A stretch of 64,000 nucleotides of DNA from a virus (IMGVR_UViG_3300032782_000002), one strand, 5' to 3'. Shown: positions 1 to 10,979, counted from the first letter of the stretch. Notes: generated by a model from the sequence alone, not told the origin. A program made the numbers and translations.

Positions 1-6
1 TGCCCA

Positions 7-1026
7 TCATCCATCCAGTTCGTTGCGTTCTAGCGCCTGGTGGCGCCAGTGCTCCGTCGTCTGCACGTGTCCGGCGCGGACGTACTTGTTGACGGCCAGC
101 CGGAAGTCGCGCATCGAGAACTCGTCGGCGGTGCGCACGACGTAGCCCTCGCAGGGATCCGAGCCGAGAACGGGCGTGTACAGCCTGCGGATCAACTGCT
201 CGTCCCAGGGGCCGGTGTACATCACCGGCACCGTTTTGAGCCCGAGCAGCGCGGCCCACTCGCAGGTCTGCTCCCACGACAGGCACCGGCTGCGATCCCA
301 GACGGAGAAGACCTGGAAGTAGCTCGACAGATGGTTGTACTTGATCGAGTGCTTGGCCCAGAGGTTCTCGCCGCAGACGCGCCACCCCTCGGGGATGTCG
401 GGGCCGATGCAGGCTTGCACCGACTTGACCCAGGCCCTCGACATGTCCGAGCGGTACTGCGTGCTGCGCGCGTGGATGTAGTCGCGGTAGATGGTGGTGC
501 ACTCCCCGTCCATCTTGGCGGTGACCACGACGGGGCCGGATTGCAGGAGGCTGAGATCGCGGTTGACGCGGTCGTCCTCGGAGATCCCGGGGCTCCAGGG
601 AAGGTGGTACGTGCGCGGGTACTTCACGTGCTCGGTGAAGAGCGCCAGCACGCTTGGGGGCAGGTGTGCCGCAATGGAGTCGTACAGCTCGCCGCGCATG
701 CGCTTGCCGGTGGGCAAGATGGGGTTACCCCACTTGTCGATGGGATCCTCCAGGTGCGAGGGCAGGTGCCAGCTCTTGATCCCGCAGAGGGCGCGCAGCT
801 CGTCGCAGCTGATCTCGGTCGTTTCGGCCAGCTTGTGGTGCTCGCCGCAGAGCGTGGCGCCGTTGTCGATGTAGTAGCCACCGTCGGAGAAGAGACGCCG
901 CTCGACGATGTGGTGGGCGTCGAGGTGCTCTGCGTCGCCGCTCTTGCCGCAGACGACGCACTTGTACTTGTCGCGCGCGAAGACGCGCCGCACGAACTCG
1001 GGGCGGGTGAGAAGCTCGAAGGTCAT
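7..1026 (-). CDS. HNH-like domain fused to ATP-dependent RNA ligase family protein
   Basis: From MTFELL: RDKYKCVVC...LDAHHI...NGATLCGEHH (HNH-like), then KYPRTYHLPWS, motif I (TAKMDGE), GENL, FQVF, EGYVVR, KYVR typical of the RNA ligase nucleotidyltransferase fold. Confidence 0.85.
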   Translation of the reverse strand: MTFELLTRPEFVRRVFARDKYKCVVCGKSGDAEHLDAHHIVERRLFSDGGYYIDNGATLCGEHHKLAETTEISCDELRALCGIKSWHLPSHLEDPIDKWGNPILPTGKRMRGELYDSIAAHLPPSVLALFTEHVKYPRTYHLPWSPGISEDDRVNRDLSLLQSGPVVVTAKMDGECTTIYRDYIHARSTQYRSDMSRAWVKSVQACIGPDIPEGWRVCGENLWAKHSIKYNHLSSYFQVFSVWDRSRCLSWEQTCEWAALLGLKTVPVMYTGPWDEQLIRRLYTPVLGSDPCEGYVVRTADEFSMRDFRLAVNKYVRAGHVQTTEHWRHQALERNELDG

Positions 1027-1427
1027 GTGCCGTGGGCCTCGAACCAGAACTCGTGGACGAGCGCACGTGCGGCGCGCATCTCGTCGGGGGTGAAGTCCTT
1101 GGCCAGAGTGCTGAGCCCGCGGGGACTGAGCGACAGGACCATGTGCGTGAAGTCGGGGGCCAGGTACTGCACGAGGCAGGAGGACATGGCGTGCGAGAGC
1201 ATGTCGCGAAAGTCGGGGCAGTGCTGCCCCGCAATCCCGGGGTAGGTGCGGATCCGGGTGGCGACGATGTTGCCCTCGGGGGTGAGCCGATCGACAGCTC
1301 GCGCGAACGCCCGGTTGTCCATCGGCCAGTGGGCGTACGGCCGCGTAGCGATCATGGCGCACACGAGCAGCCGGCCGCCGCGTATGTGCTTGTTTCCGTA
1401 GCTCCAGCTCTGTTCGCTCTCGCTCAT
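1023..1427 (-). CDS. hypothetical protein
   Basis: 134-aa ORF whose stop overlaps the ligase start (ATGA coupling). Confidence 0.6.
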   Translation of the reverse strand: MSESEQSWSYGNKHIRGGRLLVCAMIATRPYAHWPMDNRAFARAVDRLTPEGNIVATRIRTYPGIAGQHCPDFRDMLSHAMSSCLVQYLAPDFTHMVLSLSPRGLSTLAKDFTPDEMRAARALVHEFWFEAHGT

Positions 1428-1777
1428 GACGCCTCTCGATCGTCTCGTATCGCTACAGCCCCAAGAACTTGGCGACCACGATCACGACGTAGACTGTGAT
1501 GGGTACTACTACACTCAGACAGGCCATCCCAATCGCTCCGTAGAACAACACCAGCCCGGGATCGTCCGGGATCTTTCCCACACCGCGCATCACGATCTCC
1601 TGCGGAACACATCCCACCACGCCACGAAGATCGTGATGGTGTGCACGGCAAAGAAGCCAGCCCACATGAACCAGATGGCACCTACGAGTTCACCGTAGGC
1701 GCGCGCAAGCACGATCGCCAGCGAGAGCCAGAGAATCGTCGTCATCGCGGTGAGCACCGGGATCGGGTCAGTCCATC

Positions 1778-2035
1778 TCATCGCTCGCATCCTTCCGTGT
1801 GAACGAACGCGCCTTCTTGAAAGAACCCGCCACACTCACACGCCTCACCCCCAAGTCGGGGCAGACACTGGTAGCAGCGCATGCTGGTCTTCGGCATCTC
1901 CGAGGGGTACCGGACGACGGTGTGCCCACAGGCTAGTGTCACGTGGAAGCTCGCACGTCCAGAGAGGGCTTGCTGCTTCACGATGCGTCGCAGTGGCGCG
2001 CATGTCACGGCGTCTACGGATCGACGATCCAGCAC
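1778..2035 (-). CDS. small Cys/His protein (VTLACGH...CxxC)
   Basis: Zn-ligand-like motifs shared with 2237-2497; start uncertain. Confidence 0.5.
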   Translation of the reverse strand: MLDRRSVDAVTCAPLRRIVKQQALSGRASFHVTLACGHTVVRYPSEMPKTSMRCYQCLPRLGGEACECGGFFQEGAFVHTEGCER

Positions 2036-2236
2036 GTCAGCGTGACGTGCGAGATTCCCTTGTCGCCGATGCTGTACTTGACACCGGCGACCTTGAACAT
2101 GCGACCGTCACCCAGGACGATGTGCTCGCCCTCACGAGGGACCACCTGTAGGTCGAGGAGCACGACCCCTTCACCATCTAGCTTCTCGACGAGGCAGCTC
2201 ATCAGCATTCGAGGTTCTACCTTTCGGTCGCGCGCA

Positions 2237-2497
2237 TCATTCGCTGGGTGGCGCACACTCGGCGCAGTTGAGCGCGCGCGGCGGCATGATGTAGAACTTC
2301 CCGCTGATCTCCACGGCACCGTACTGGCCGGGCTGACACTCATACCCCTGCTCAGCGTTGCGAACGTGTCCGCATGCGAGAGTGACGCGCCACCGGATCG
2401 GCCAGCGTTCGTCCACCACCTCCCACCGGACCACCTTGATCCGCTTCGGACGTTTGCCACGGATGCCGTTGTAGTACGTGCCCATCCCCTCACCCAT
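2237..2497 (-). CDS. small Cys/His protein (VTLACGH...CxxC)
   Basis: Same motif as 1778-2035. Confidence 0.5.
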   Translation of the reverse strand: MGEGMGTYYNGIRGKRPKRIKVVRWEVVDERWPIRWRVTLACGHVRNAEQGYECQPGQYGAVEISGKFYIMPPRALNCAECAPPSE

Positions 2498-2921
2498 CCA
2501 CGCTTCTATGACCCATCGAAAGCCAGATGACGACGCACGTCCTCGACTAACTGACCATCGACCGCGTCCCACTCGCGTTGACATGCTCGCGCGTCTTCGT
2601 GTGTGGCCGATCGTGATGACACATCGTCCCACAACGCCACCAGTCTTCGTAACAGTTGATCAGCGTCAGTCATCGGTCTCTCCTTGTCGGTCGCGCGCAC
2701 GGGGCGGAACGTCACGCACGCTCTTTCTTCGTGTAGCCGCGAAGCGCACAACGAAGGTTGTGGGCGAGTCGGTTGGCTCGATCGCGGTCCAGGTGGATGA
2801 CGTCCTCGCCCGCGACGACCACCTTGTACCCGTCGGGTCCGTTCTCGAAGGCGTAGCCGTTTCGTTCAACTCGGATCTGCGTTGCTCTCATCGAAAACCT
2901 CCCGCGCGCATTTCACGGGGT

Positions 2922-3098
2922 CTACTTCTCGGACAGCCGCGCGTTGCGGACGAGCTGCTCGACGGCCCCTGACCTAGACTGACCGCGCGCCTTGGCGAGC
3001 GCGTCGAGCCGGGCAAGTGCCTCGGGCGAGAGGGTGATCGTGACCATCGGACGCTTGCGCTGATCGTTGGTCAGCGTCGGCTTGCCGGAGCGGCTCAC
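2922..3098 (-). CDS. ribbon-helix-helix (CopG-like) DNA-binding protein
   Basis: VTITLSPEALARLDALAKARGQSRSGAVEQLV fits the RHH pattern. Confidence 0.75.
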   Translation of the reverse strand: MSRSGKPTLTNDQRKRPMVTITLSPEALARLDALAKARGQSRSGAVEQLVRNARLSEK

Positions 3099-3643
3099 GA
3101 AGCCTCCGCGGCACGCGTGCCGGCGCACCAATCATTCCAGACGTCTTTGCCGATCCTGGCGCACAGCGCGCGTTCGTCGATCGTCTCGTCGTCCGTCATG
3201 ACGTGCGACTCCAGCGCGTGCTCGTCCACGTACGCCTCGACGGTGCGCCCCGGGTACCACTGCGCCAGCCGCGACTCGACGAGTGCGCAAAACGACTCCC
3301 GCTCATCCTGCGTCGGCTCGCGGTCGCCCCAGCCGTCGAGCGTGCAGACGTAGGCGATGTGGTTCACTTGTACCCATCCCATCTCCACGGCGTCAGCGAT
3401 GCCCACCGTCACGTCGCAGTAGACGAGCGACGGGTCGGCCGCGCAGATCTCGACCGCCTTGCCCATGTCGATGGGGCCCGCCTCGTCGATCTCGTTCGCG
3501 TAAACGTACAGCTGCGCGCCGCAGTCCACGTGCGCCTGGCGCGCGTCCGCGCCGTCCAACCTGACCGTCACATTCCTGCCAGACCGAGAAATCTCTTTCG
3601 TCGCCATCGCCTCATCCTCCGCGCCGGGCTCCGTGCCCGTCAT
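3095..3643 (-). CDS. hypothetical protein
   Basis: Acidic ORF directly below a promoter; alternative start at 3608. Confidence 0.65.
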   Translation of the reverse strand: MTGTEPGAEDEAMATKEISRSGRNVTVRLDGADARQAHVDCGAQLYVYANEIDEAGPIDMGKAVEICAADPSLVYCDVTVGIADAVEMGWVQVNHIAYVCTLDGWGDREPTQDERESFCALVESRLAQWYPGRTVEAYVDEHALESHVMTDDETIDERALCARIGKDVWNDWCAGTRAAEAS

Positions 3644-3652
3644 CTGAGATAG

Positions 3653-3681
3653 ACTATACGTGCCCTGTACGTACAGCACAA
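3653..3681 (-). promoter_or_regulatory. sigma70-like promoter with palindromic operator in the spacer
   Basis: TTGTGC-17bp-TATAGT; perfect palindrome CTGTACGTACAG at 3665-3676; second GTACGTACAGC copy at 3715-3725. Confidence 0.65.
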
Positions 3682-3775
3682 GACCCTCGCGTACGATTCT
3701 CGGACGGGTGTTCAGTACGTACAGCGCGGCCTCGGATCGGCCGAAAAACAGCCCACGCGCGCATTTCACGGTGTG

Positions 3776-4495
3776 TCAGACCCGAGCAAAAAGGTGCTCT
3801 CGGGTCATGTCTCCGGTACCGCCGGACACCTTCCGACGTTGATCTTTCGTCCAGATCGAGCACCAACCATCCGGTGCGTGGTACTCCGACACGAACACAT
3901 GGGCGCCCCGGTCGTGCCACCGCTGCATCGTGATCCAGAAGGCCGCATGGTCGAACTCGCGGTCGGACTTGTAGCCGGTCGTATTGGCGTAGGGAGGGTC
4001 CGCGTAGACGACACACCGCTCGTCGATGTCGCGTTCCCATGTCTCGTACGTCGTACGCTCCAGGCGGGCTCGTGAGAGGATCGCGCCCAGACTCGCGACG
4101 TCCTCCGAGGCGAGGCGCGCGTAGTAGTCTGGGTGCGTACGGCATGGGCGATCTCCGCGCGGACGCGCGTATCCGCCCCACCACTTCCCCCCGTACGAGC
4201 ATCCGAATCCGATGAAAGCGCGCAGCGCGCACGGTGCCATGTTGCGAGCGGCGGCGTACTCCGTTTCGGTCACGGAGCGAGGGCCTACCCAGCCGGCGGC
4301 GGCGGCTTGCCACATAAGCATCAGATCCTCGTGCGTGTCGCCGGCGAGCACCGACGCGAAGTGCGGAGCTAGGTGTCGCGCCACACTTCCGCCACCGAGG
4401 AAGGGCTCGACGAGTGTTTCGCGTCGCGGCGTGGTCGAGAGAATCACCTCCGTGATGGCCTTTCCGCATCGGCCCTTGCCGCCTAGGTACAACAT
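3776..4495 (-). CDS. DNA adenine methyltransferase (D12/Dam-like, alpha class)
   Basis: YLGGKG, EPFLGGGSV (SAM binding), YADPPY catalytic motif, FVSEY. Confidence 0.9.
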   Translation of the reverse strand: MLYLGGKGRCGKAITEVILSTTPRRETLVEPFLGGGSVARHLAPHFASVLAGDTHEDLMLMWQAAAAGWVGPRSVTETEYAAARNMAPCALRAFIGFGCSYGGKWWGGYARPRGDRPCRTHPDYYARLASEDVASLGAILSRARLERTTYETWERDIDERCVVYADPPYANTTGYKSDREFDHAAFWITMQRWHDRGAHVFVSEYHAPDGWCSIWTKDQRRKVSGGTGDMTREHLFARV

Positions 4496-5145
4496 TGGTC
4501 AGATCCTCGCTGCGCGCATCAGGCGGAATGCAGTCCTAGTTGTTTTGCCAGCTTCACGATCTGGGCATGCAGCGCCTCGTTGTCGAGCATGAGCTGTCGG
4601 ATCGACCACATCCGGTGGACGTTGAAGCCGATCAGTCCAAAGTTGAAGGCGAGCAAGATGGCGTTGGCGGTCTCGATGGTCATGGTGTCCTTTCAGGCGC
4701 CGCGCGCATGTCACGGTGCGTCACCGCAGCGCTTTTCGCAGTCCCTTGGCGAACTCGTTGGCCGAGGCGCGCGTCTTGTACCAGCCGACCACGACGGTGC
4801 GCCGCTCCCCCGGCAACAACATCGCCTTGTTCATGGTTGTCCTGGTGTGTAGAAGTGCCGGTCTCTCCCGGCTGTCACGTCGAGCGTTGCCTGACGTTCG
4901 GCATACCGCGACCCCCACGGTCGGGGCCCGAGCTTGGCGAGGGTCTCTCGCGGATCTCGGGGACGTTGGATCGTTGCGCGCACTTCACGGTGAAGAGTGT
5001 CCCGAGCGCCAGTTTACCTCGAAGCTCACTGCGTGCTTGCCGGCGACTCGCCACCACGACAACCGCACCGGCCCTATCTGCACCTTGTTGTAGGCCGGCC
5101 GGTAGAAGGCGCAGCGGTTGAGGGTCAGCTCGATGTCGATCACCA

Positions 5146-5538
5146 TCACTCGGCTCTCTTGCTCTGGTAGATCGCCTCGCGTACCGCATCGCCAAGGGGG
5201 CCGAGTAGAGCGTGCTCCAGGCGCGCCGCCTGCGGGTTCTTCAGCTCCTCGGTGGCCTCGCGGCAGACGTCGACGAGCGGCGGGGTCTCAGTCTGGAGGC
5301 GCACGGTGTTCTGCAGGTTCGGCTTCGAGCTGCTGAACCTGCCTGTAGTCGTCCCCAAGAGCTTGTATGGCCTGGCGGACTTCTCGATCCGCTTGGCGGC
5401 CTCGACGACCAGCTTGCGCCACCACCCGTTGCCGTGCTCTTCGCCGAACGGATCTCCTATCAGCTGACCGGCATCGTGCGACAGGGTGTGAAGACACTCC
5501 GCGACCTCGTTGTCGGTCATCTCGGCTACGGTTTTCAC
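5146..5538 (-). CDS. hypothetical protein with a PolA-like TGRxSSxxPNLQN motif
   Basis: GTTTGRFSSSKPNLQN within a ~130-aa ORF. Confidence 0.55.
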   Translation of the reverse strand: MKTVAEMTDNEVAECLHTLSHDAGQLIGDPFGEEHGNGWWRKLVVEAAKRIEKSARPYKLLGTTTGRFSSSKPNLQNTVRLQTETPPLVDVCREATEELKNPQAARLEHALLGPLGDAVREAIYQSKRAE

Positions 5539-5721
5539 TGGGTGTCCGTCTTCCGGTACTTCGTCGCGAACCACATCTGCCACGTCGGCAGGCTGTTGAG
5601 CTTCCCGGCGAGCGCCGCTGCCTTGACCTTCGTGAACCTCAACACCGTCGACCCTCGCATGTACCACATACCCTTCAGCGGCCCGCCGATGCACTTCAGA
5701 GCGTAGCCGGACGACATCGAC

Positions 5722-6108
5722 TCACGCTTTTCGTGCCTCGTCGCGGCGCGCCATCTCGTCGAGTGTCTCTTGCTTGAACCGTCGCCAGTCGTCCTCCGCT
5801 ACACGCTGACGCGCGGGACGCCACGAGCCCTCGTCGAGCAGGTTGCAGTTCAGGTCACGTTCGAATACGCGAGGCGGAGCCTTGAACCGCGAGAACAGCC
5901 AGTCCAAGCAGAACTCGCAAAGCGAGAACTTGTAGGCGGTCATGTCGTCGAGCGCGCCGTGGCCATTGCCCGGCGTCGAGGCGTAGTGTCCGTACACCAC
6001 CTGCTCTACGAGTCCATGAGCGTCCGTCTCCCCGCTGTCGGCAGGTCCGACCGGAAGGTTGCAGGTGAGGCCGCAGAGGTTGCAGAGGACGTTCTTGTCT
6101 TCGGGCAT
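5722..6108 (-). CDS. hypothetical protein with CxxC pairs
   Basis: CNLC...CEFC; part of a tightly packed minus-strand gene run. Confidence 0.6.
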   Translation of the reverse strand: MPEDKNVLCNLCGLTCNLPVGPADSGETDAHGLVEQVVYGHYASTPGNGHGALDDMTAYKFSLCEFCLDWLFSRFKAPPRVFERDLNCNLLDEGSWRPARQRVAEDDWRRFKQETLDEMARRDEARKA

Positions 6109-6113
6109 CGCGC

Positions 6114-7001
6114 TCACATCCGGAAGGCACCGGGCTGCAGGATACGGGTGATGTAGCTCTCGCCGCCCGGTACGGCCAGGAAGCAATGCAGTGCGAGCAG
6201 CTCCTCGGCGGGCGGCACGTCCCAGTCGTGCACGCAGTAGGAGATGCGCTCGTCGATGTTGAAGAGCGTGCGGCCGCCACGCTGACGGAGCAGGCTACGC
6301 GCGTCGCGGCTCGTCAGTGCGTAGTGGCGGCCAGTGTCGAAGCCGCGCGTGACGAAGGCGCCGTAGTGACGGTAGTCGGCGATCTGCTCGGGGTTGAGGA
6401 AAGCTTCGAGCACTCGGTTGGCGCGGGTGACGGGGTTGTCGGGGAAGTCGGGGGCCGGGCAGCCGAGGACGGGCTGGGCCACAGTGACGGCCTTCTTGGT
6501 GTCGGCCGGCGGGGGATCCGGGAGCGTGTCGGTGGGCGCTGCCGGCAAGGGCTTGCCCTCTTCCAGCTCCGGCTTGGTCTCCACGACGGGAGCGGGCTTG
6601 TCCTGGGCAGGCGGGGGCGCCTCGCCACGGTACGGCGTGAGCGCCTTGGGGACGATGCCCTCCTCGGAGCGCCAGACTTCCTGCACGCTGTCGCCGACGA
6701 GGGCGACCGAGAGCAGGCGGCGGCCAGGCTTGAGCGTGCGGGCGAGCACGGCCTGGACCATCTCGATGGGGGCGTTGAGATCGAGCTGCAGCGGGTCGCC
6801 GTTCTCGAACGCGGCCATCGCGCGCGTGTAGTCGTCGGTCGGGACCCAGCGCTTGAACCAGCCGTAGGTGCGGCCGGCGAGCTGGGCGACTGCCTCACGC
6901 TCCGTCGGCGACAGCTCCTTGGCCGTCAGGCGGGTGTGGCCGCCGTCCAGCGCCTGCAGGTTGATGTCGCCCCTCATCGTCGGCACGTACCACGTCAGCA
7001 T
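6114..7001 (-). CDS. hypothetical protein (two domains, Pro-rich linker)
   Basis: SD GGGAGAG before ATG; protein-like composition. Confidence 0.65.
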   Translation of the reverse strand: MLTWYVPTMRGDINLQALDGGHTRLTAKELSPTEREAVAQLAGRTYGWFKRWVPTDDYTRAMAAFENGDPLQLDLNAPIEMVQAVLARTLKPGRRLLSVALVGDSVQEVWRSEEGIVPKALTPYRGEAPPPAQDKPAPVVETKPELEEGKPLPAAPTDTLPDPPPADTKKAVTVAQPVLGCPAPDFPDNPVTRANRVLEAFLNPEQIADYRHYGAFVTRGFDTGRHYALTSRDARSLLRQRGGRTLFNIDERISYCVHDWDVPPAEELLALHCFLAVPGGESYITRILQPGAFRM

Positions 7002-7563
7002 GGGCTCTCCCTTCGAGTCGCGTTGTGAGTTGATCGATGCGCGCCCGGACGGCGACGCGCTGGCGGTTGATGAAGTCGTCCATCGTGCTGCCGCGTGCGT
7101 CCAACTTGTCGAGGAGCGCACTCAGCGCGGCCAGCTCTTGCACCTCCATGCTGGCGGCGGCGGCGCGGATGCCGTCGGCTTCCACGCGCGTCTTGATGGC
7201 CACGGCGGCCCGGTCGTCGCGGGCGGTCTGATCGTCGGCACCGAAGGCGATTGGTCCTCGGCGGCCCGCGAACATCGGCTGCGCTGCTGGCAGGACGGCG
7301 TTGGCGTGGTTCATAACGTGGGCCATCATCGGGTGCTGGTCCAGGTCGCCTCCGGGGATCGCGGGGCCCAGCTGGTCGATGCGCGTCGCCTGCGCCACGA
7401 CGAACTGGTGTGCGAGCGCGCAGATGCGACTCGCCTCGGCGAAGCGGCTCTGATCGTCGCCGGCCAGGATCTCGACGACGAGCTTGCGGAAGCCCTCGAT
7501 CTGGCGCTGGGAGCTGCGCTCACGCTGCAGCCGGCGCTTCTTCTGCTCTGCGGTTTCGGTCAT
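6895..7563 (-). CDS. hypothetical protein
   Basis: Helical ORF MTETAEQKK..., overlapping the next gene by ~107 nt. Confidence 0.55.
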   Translation of the reverse strand: MTETAEQKKRRLQRERSSQRQIEGFRKLVVEILAGDDQSRFAEASRICALAHQFVVAQATRIDQLGPAIPGGDLDQHPMMAHVMNHANAVLPAAQPMFAGRRGPIAFGADDQTARDDRAAVAIKTRVEADGIRAAAASMEVQELAALSALLDKLDARGSTMDDFINRQRVAVRARIDQLTTRLEGRAHADVVRADDEGRHQPAGAGRRPHPPDGQGAVADGA

Positions 7564-7580
7564 CGAGGACAACCGTAGCA

Positions 7581-7601
7581 GTTGATTAGAACCTAATCAA
7601 C
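7581..7601. promoter_or_regulatory. 21-bp palindromic operator-like site, copy 1
   Basis: GTTGATTAG-AAC-CTAATCAAC; near-identical copy at 24144-24164. Confidence 0.6.
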
Positions 7602-7614
7602 CGTGTACACCGAG

Positions 7615-8676
7615 CTACTGGAGCGCGACGACGCGGCTCTCGTCGTAGGCCGTGAACGGCCAGGGCACGGCCGAGCGGACGGACTTGGCCTTGCCGGCGC
7701 GAGCACGCACGCGCATGTAGCGGTAGCCGAACTTGGGTGCGGGCAGGCCGGGAGGGGGTGGCACGTCGTCGGTGAGGCCGACGACGGAGATGCCGTAGGT
7801 GGCGGCCTTGCGGGTCAGCTCGGCGGGGGTGTGGCTGGCTTTGACGAGGGCCACGGCCTCGTAGATGCGCCCGGGGACGAGGGAGATCTTCTTCGGCACA
7901 CTCGTCGATCCCGCACTGGTCTGCTCGGGTGGGGGAGCCGGAGCCAGGCCCACCGGCGTGCACCAGCCGATGCACTGCTGGGGGTAGATGCGGCTCGTGC
8001 TGCGCGCGTGCACGGTGTGGATGACGGTGTCGGGCAGATCGGGCTGGTGGGTCACGTAATCCGGGGCCATTGCGCGCAGCCGCGCGACGAAGTCGAGGTC
8101 CTCGCCGAGGTTGATGTCGCCGAACGGCACCGCGCGTCCGGCCTCGCGCGTGAACAGGTAGGAGAAGCCGTAGCCCCAGAGCTGCCCGTCCAGGGATTCC
8201 GGGGCCGTTTCGGTCTGGGGCAGGCGCAGTGGCGCGGTGTTGCCCGACACGGCGTACTGCACGGGACCGGCGAAGCGCGTGTCCCAACGCCAGAGGCTTC
8301 CGTCGTAGGCGCTGCGGGCATCCCAGACGGAGAGCTTGGTCAGCAGATCCTGGGGCCCGAGGCGACTGACCATCGTCGCGAGGTATCCGGGGCGGTAGAC
8401 GTCGTCGTCGTCCTGGTGTGCGATGAGCGAGCCGCGTGCGGCCTCGATGAGGGCGTTGCGCTTGGCGCCGATGGACAGCCGCCGGGGCGTCCAGAAGTAG
8501 CGCACGCGCGCGTCGCCGGTATTGGCCAGGAACGTCGAGGGTGTGGGCGAGTCGTCGAAGACGAGCAGCTCCTTGAACGGGTAGGTCTGCGCCGCGAACG
8601 TCTTGTAGAGGTGCTCGTGGTAGTCGGGGCGGGCGTAGGTCGGAACGGTGACGCTCACGAGCGGCGGCCTGCGCAT
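7615..8676 (-). CDS. glycosyltransferase family 2
   Basis: PLVSVTVPTY, AQTYP..ELLVFDDS, IGAKRN, HQDDDD (DxD), GED. Confidence 0.9.
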   Translation of the reverse strand: MRRPPLVSVTVPTYARPDYHEHLYKTFAAQTYPFKELLVFDDSPTPSTFLANTGDARVRYFWTPRRLSIGAKRNALIEAARGSLIAHQDDDDVYRPGYLATMVSRLGPQDLLTKLSVWDARSAYDGSLWRWDTRFAGPVQYAVSGNTAPLRLPQTETAPESLDGQLWGYGFSYLFTREAGRAVPFGDINLGEDLDFVARLRAMAPDYVTHQPDLPDTVIHTVHARSTSRIYPQQCIGWCTPVGLAPAPPPEQTSAGSTSVPKKISLVPGRIYEAVALVKASHTPAELTRKAATYGISVVGLTDDVPPPPGLPAPKFGYRYMRVRARAGKAKSVRSAVPWPFTAYDESRVVALQ

Positions 8677-9434
8677 GCCGTGATCCTACTACAAGATGAC
8701 GTCGAGAGGCTCGGCGCCGCGCAGCTCGTGGAGCCATGCCCGCGTCAGACGCTTGCCGGCAATCCGCTGATGAACGCTGGGGTGGTAGTCGAAGCCGGCA
8801 CCGTGGCAGTAGCCGACGGCGATCTTGGGGCTGTGGCCGGGCCAGCGACGACGGCAACGACAACCGACGCTCTTGCCCTTAGCGAAGCGCCCGAGGGGGT
8901 GATGGCATGCGGCGCCGTTGTGAAAGGCGCGCACGTGAACGCTACGCGCGTGCTCGGCGTAGCGGGCGGTTCGATCTCGACGTTCTGCACGATCCATTGG
9001 GGCCTCCATCGGCCGCGCCCGTCAGGCGCGCGGCGAGGATGGCCGTGTGGATCGTAGAGGCGCTCATTCGGGTTGCTCCGGCGGCTCCGACGGTAGCGTC
9101 TGGCGCAACGCCGCGCCGCGCTGCATGAGCTTCACGAGCGCGGGTCGTGCGGTGCTGCAGACGAAGTCAGGCAGGTCGGTGATGGGGGCCCAGATGGTCG
9201 TGGCACGTCCACGTACCGGGATACGAGCCTGATACTCGATCGGGTCGATGCGGCTCGGACTGGCGGTCCACTCGAACTTCCACCACCGCTTCGAGTCGGC
9301 TCCAGCGCGCACGTAGACCTTGTAGAAAGATCCGGGGAACCCGCGACCTACGAGACCGAAGATCTCACTGTCGACGGTGAGCTTGGCAAGAAAGCGATCG
9401 ACCTTGGCTTCGAGACGCTGCTCGTAGGTGCGCT

Positions 9435-10043
9435 TCATGCGACTCCCCGCTGCCGCGTGTCGCGAGTGCGCCAGTAGACGTTCTCTTTGGCGGCGTACTC
9501 TGGCCATGCGGTGTTCATCTCGCGATCCAGCTGCGTGACGAGTGCGAGCATCTTGGTGTCGAAGTCGATCTTCAGACCCACAAGCTTGCGGACGCGCTTC
9601 GTGGGGTAGGTGGGCGGGTACGCCTGAGGGATCGGCGTGAGCCACAGCGGGACCAGCGTGTGTGCGAGAAGCGCGTGCTCCTGCGAGCACATGGGTTCAC
9701 CCGTAGCGGCGATGTCGCGGTACCAGTCGGTCCAGGCGCCGGCCAGCGGCGCCCGGCCGTGTCCGTAGTAGCACCCAGTCGCCTGCGAGTCGGTCAGTTC
9801 CCGGACAGCGCAGACGACTTCGTCTAGCTCGCACGCCAGCTCGCTGGCGGCCTTGTGTGCAGCCTGGGCGCGCCGAGCCAGTTCGCCCTTCAAGCCCCTC
9901 GTGTTGGCGCACCGGATGTACAGAGCCTGGAGCAGCTCGCGACCGGCGCGCAGATGCGTGCCGTAGGGGTAGTGTTCTGCGACACACTGAGCGGCGTTGA
10001 ACGGGTGCGTGGTCACGTAGCCTCCGTCTTGTGGGTGCATCAC
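9435..10043 (-). CDS. hypothetical protein
   Basis: ~200-aa ORF coupled to its neighbours. Confidence 0.55.
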   Translation of the reverse strand: MMHPQDGGYVTTHPFNAAQCVAEHYPYGTHLRAGRELLQALYIRCANTRGLKGELARRAQAAHKAASELACELDEVVCAVRELTDSQATGCYYGHGRAPLAGAWTDWYRDIAATGEPMCSQEHALLAHTLVPLWLTPIPQAYPPTYPTKRVRKLVGLKIDFDTKMLALVTQLDREMNTAWPEYAAKENVYWRTRDTRQRGVA

Positions 10044-10979
10044 TCGTCGTCCAGCATGTCGTCGACATCGACGCCGTTCATCTTGGCGAGCGCACGGATG
10101 CTGTCCAGCTGGGGATCCGGGGGCGCCTTGGGAGTTCGGACCGGCTTGAGCGTCTCGTCGTCGATCGCCTCCTCGGCGCGCTCGGCGGCCTGCTCGAAGT
10201 CGTCCATCGCACCGAGTAGCTCGCCACCCGCGAGCTTCATCACGTCGCCCTCGATCTGTTCCTCGACGGGCAGGTTCTGCTTCAACTGCGTGGGCAGCGC
10301 GCGACCGCCGCGCCGGGCGATGCGCTGGATGGTCGCGGTGATCTCGGAGTGGGTGCGGTCCTGCCGCTCCTGGTGGCGCAGGGCCTTCTCGTGCTCGCGG
10401 GCGCTGTCGTGGTCGAGCTTCTCCCAGTAGGCGCGCTCGGTCGAATTGCGAGCGATCTCCAGCTCTTCGGCGCGTTCCTCGCTCTTGCGCCGGGTCAGGT
10501 AGGCGCGCACGCCGTGCTTGCTGCGAGGCCGGGGCACGAGACGGATGCGAACGGCGACGCCACCGCTCATTCGGAGTCGTCCTCGCCGTCGTGCGTCACG
10601 GGCAAAGCTCCGAATACTTCCGTGTACTTCTCGCGCAGCAGCATCCGCATCATGGTGGCGCCGTCCACGCCGTAGACCTGGCGCAGGCGCTTGGCGATGC
10701 GGGCGTCGTCGGCGTCGATCATCAGCCGGATCTCGCCGACGAACTTGCGGCGAAGGCGCCCGAAAACATGCGTTTTCTCGGGGTCCTTTGCTTGTCTGGC
10801 GTGCGACTTGGACTTGGGCTCCGTTGAACCAACGGGAGAACCAACCTCGGACACTGCTGGACCAATGTTGCCCGCGATCAGGGTGGGCGTCTTCGGGGCC
10901 GCTGTTGTCACGGTTTTGAGCGTATCCGGCAGCCTCTAGCAATGCAAGTCGATGCCGCGTATCAGGGATCAATCAGCCC

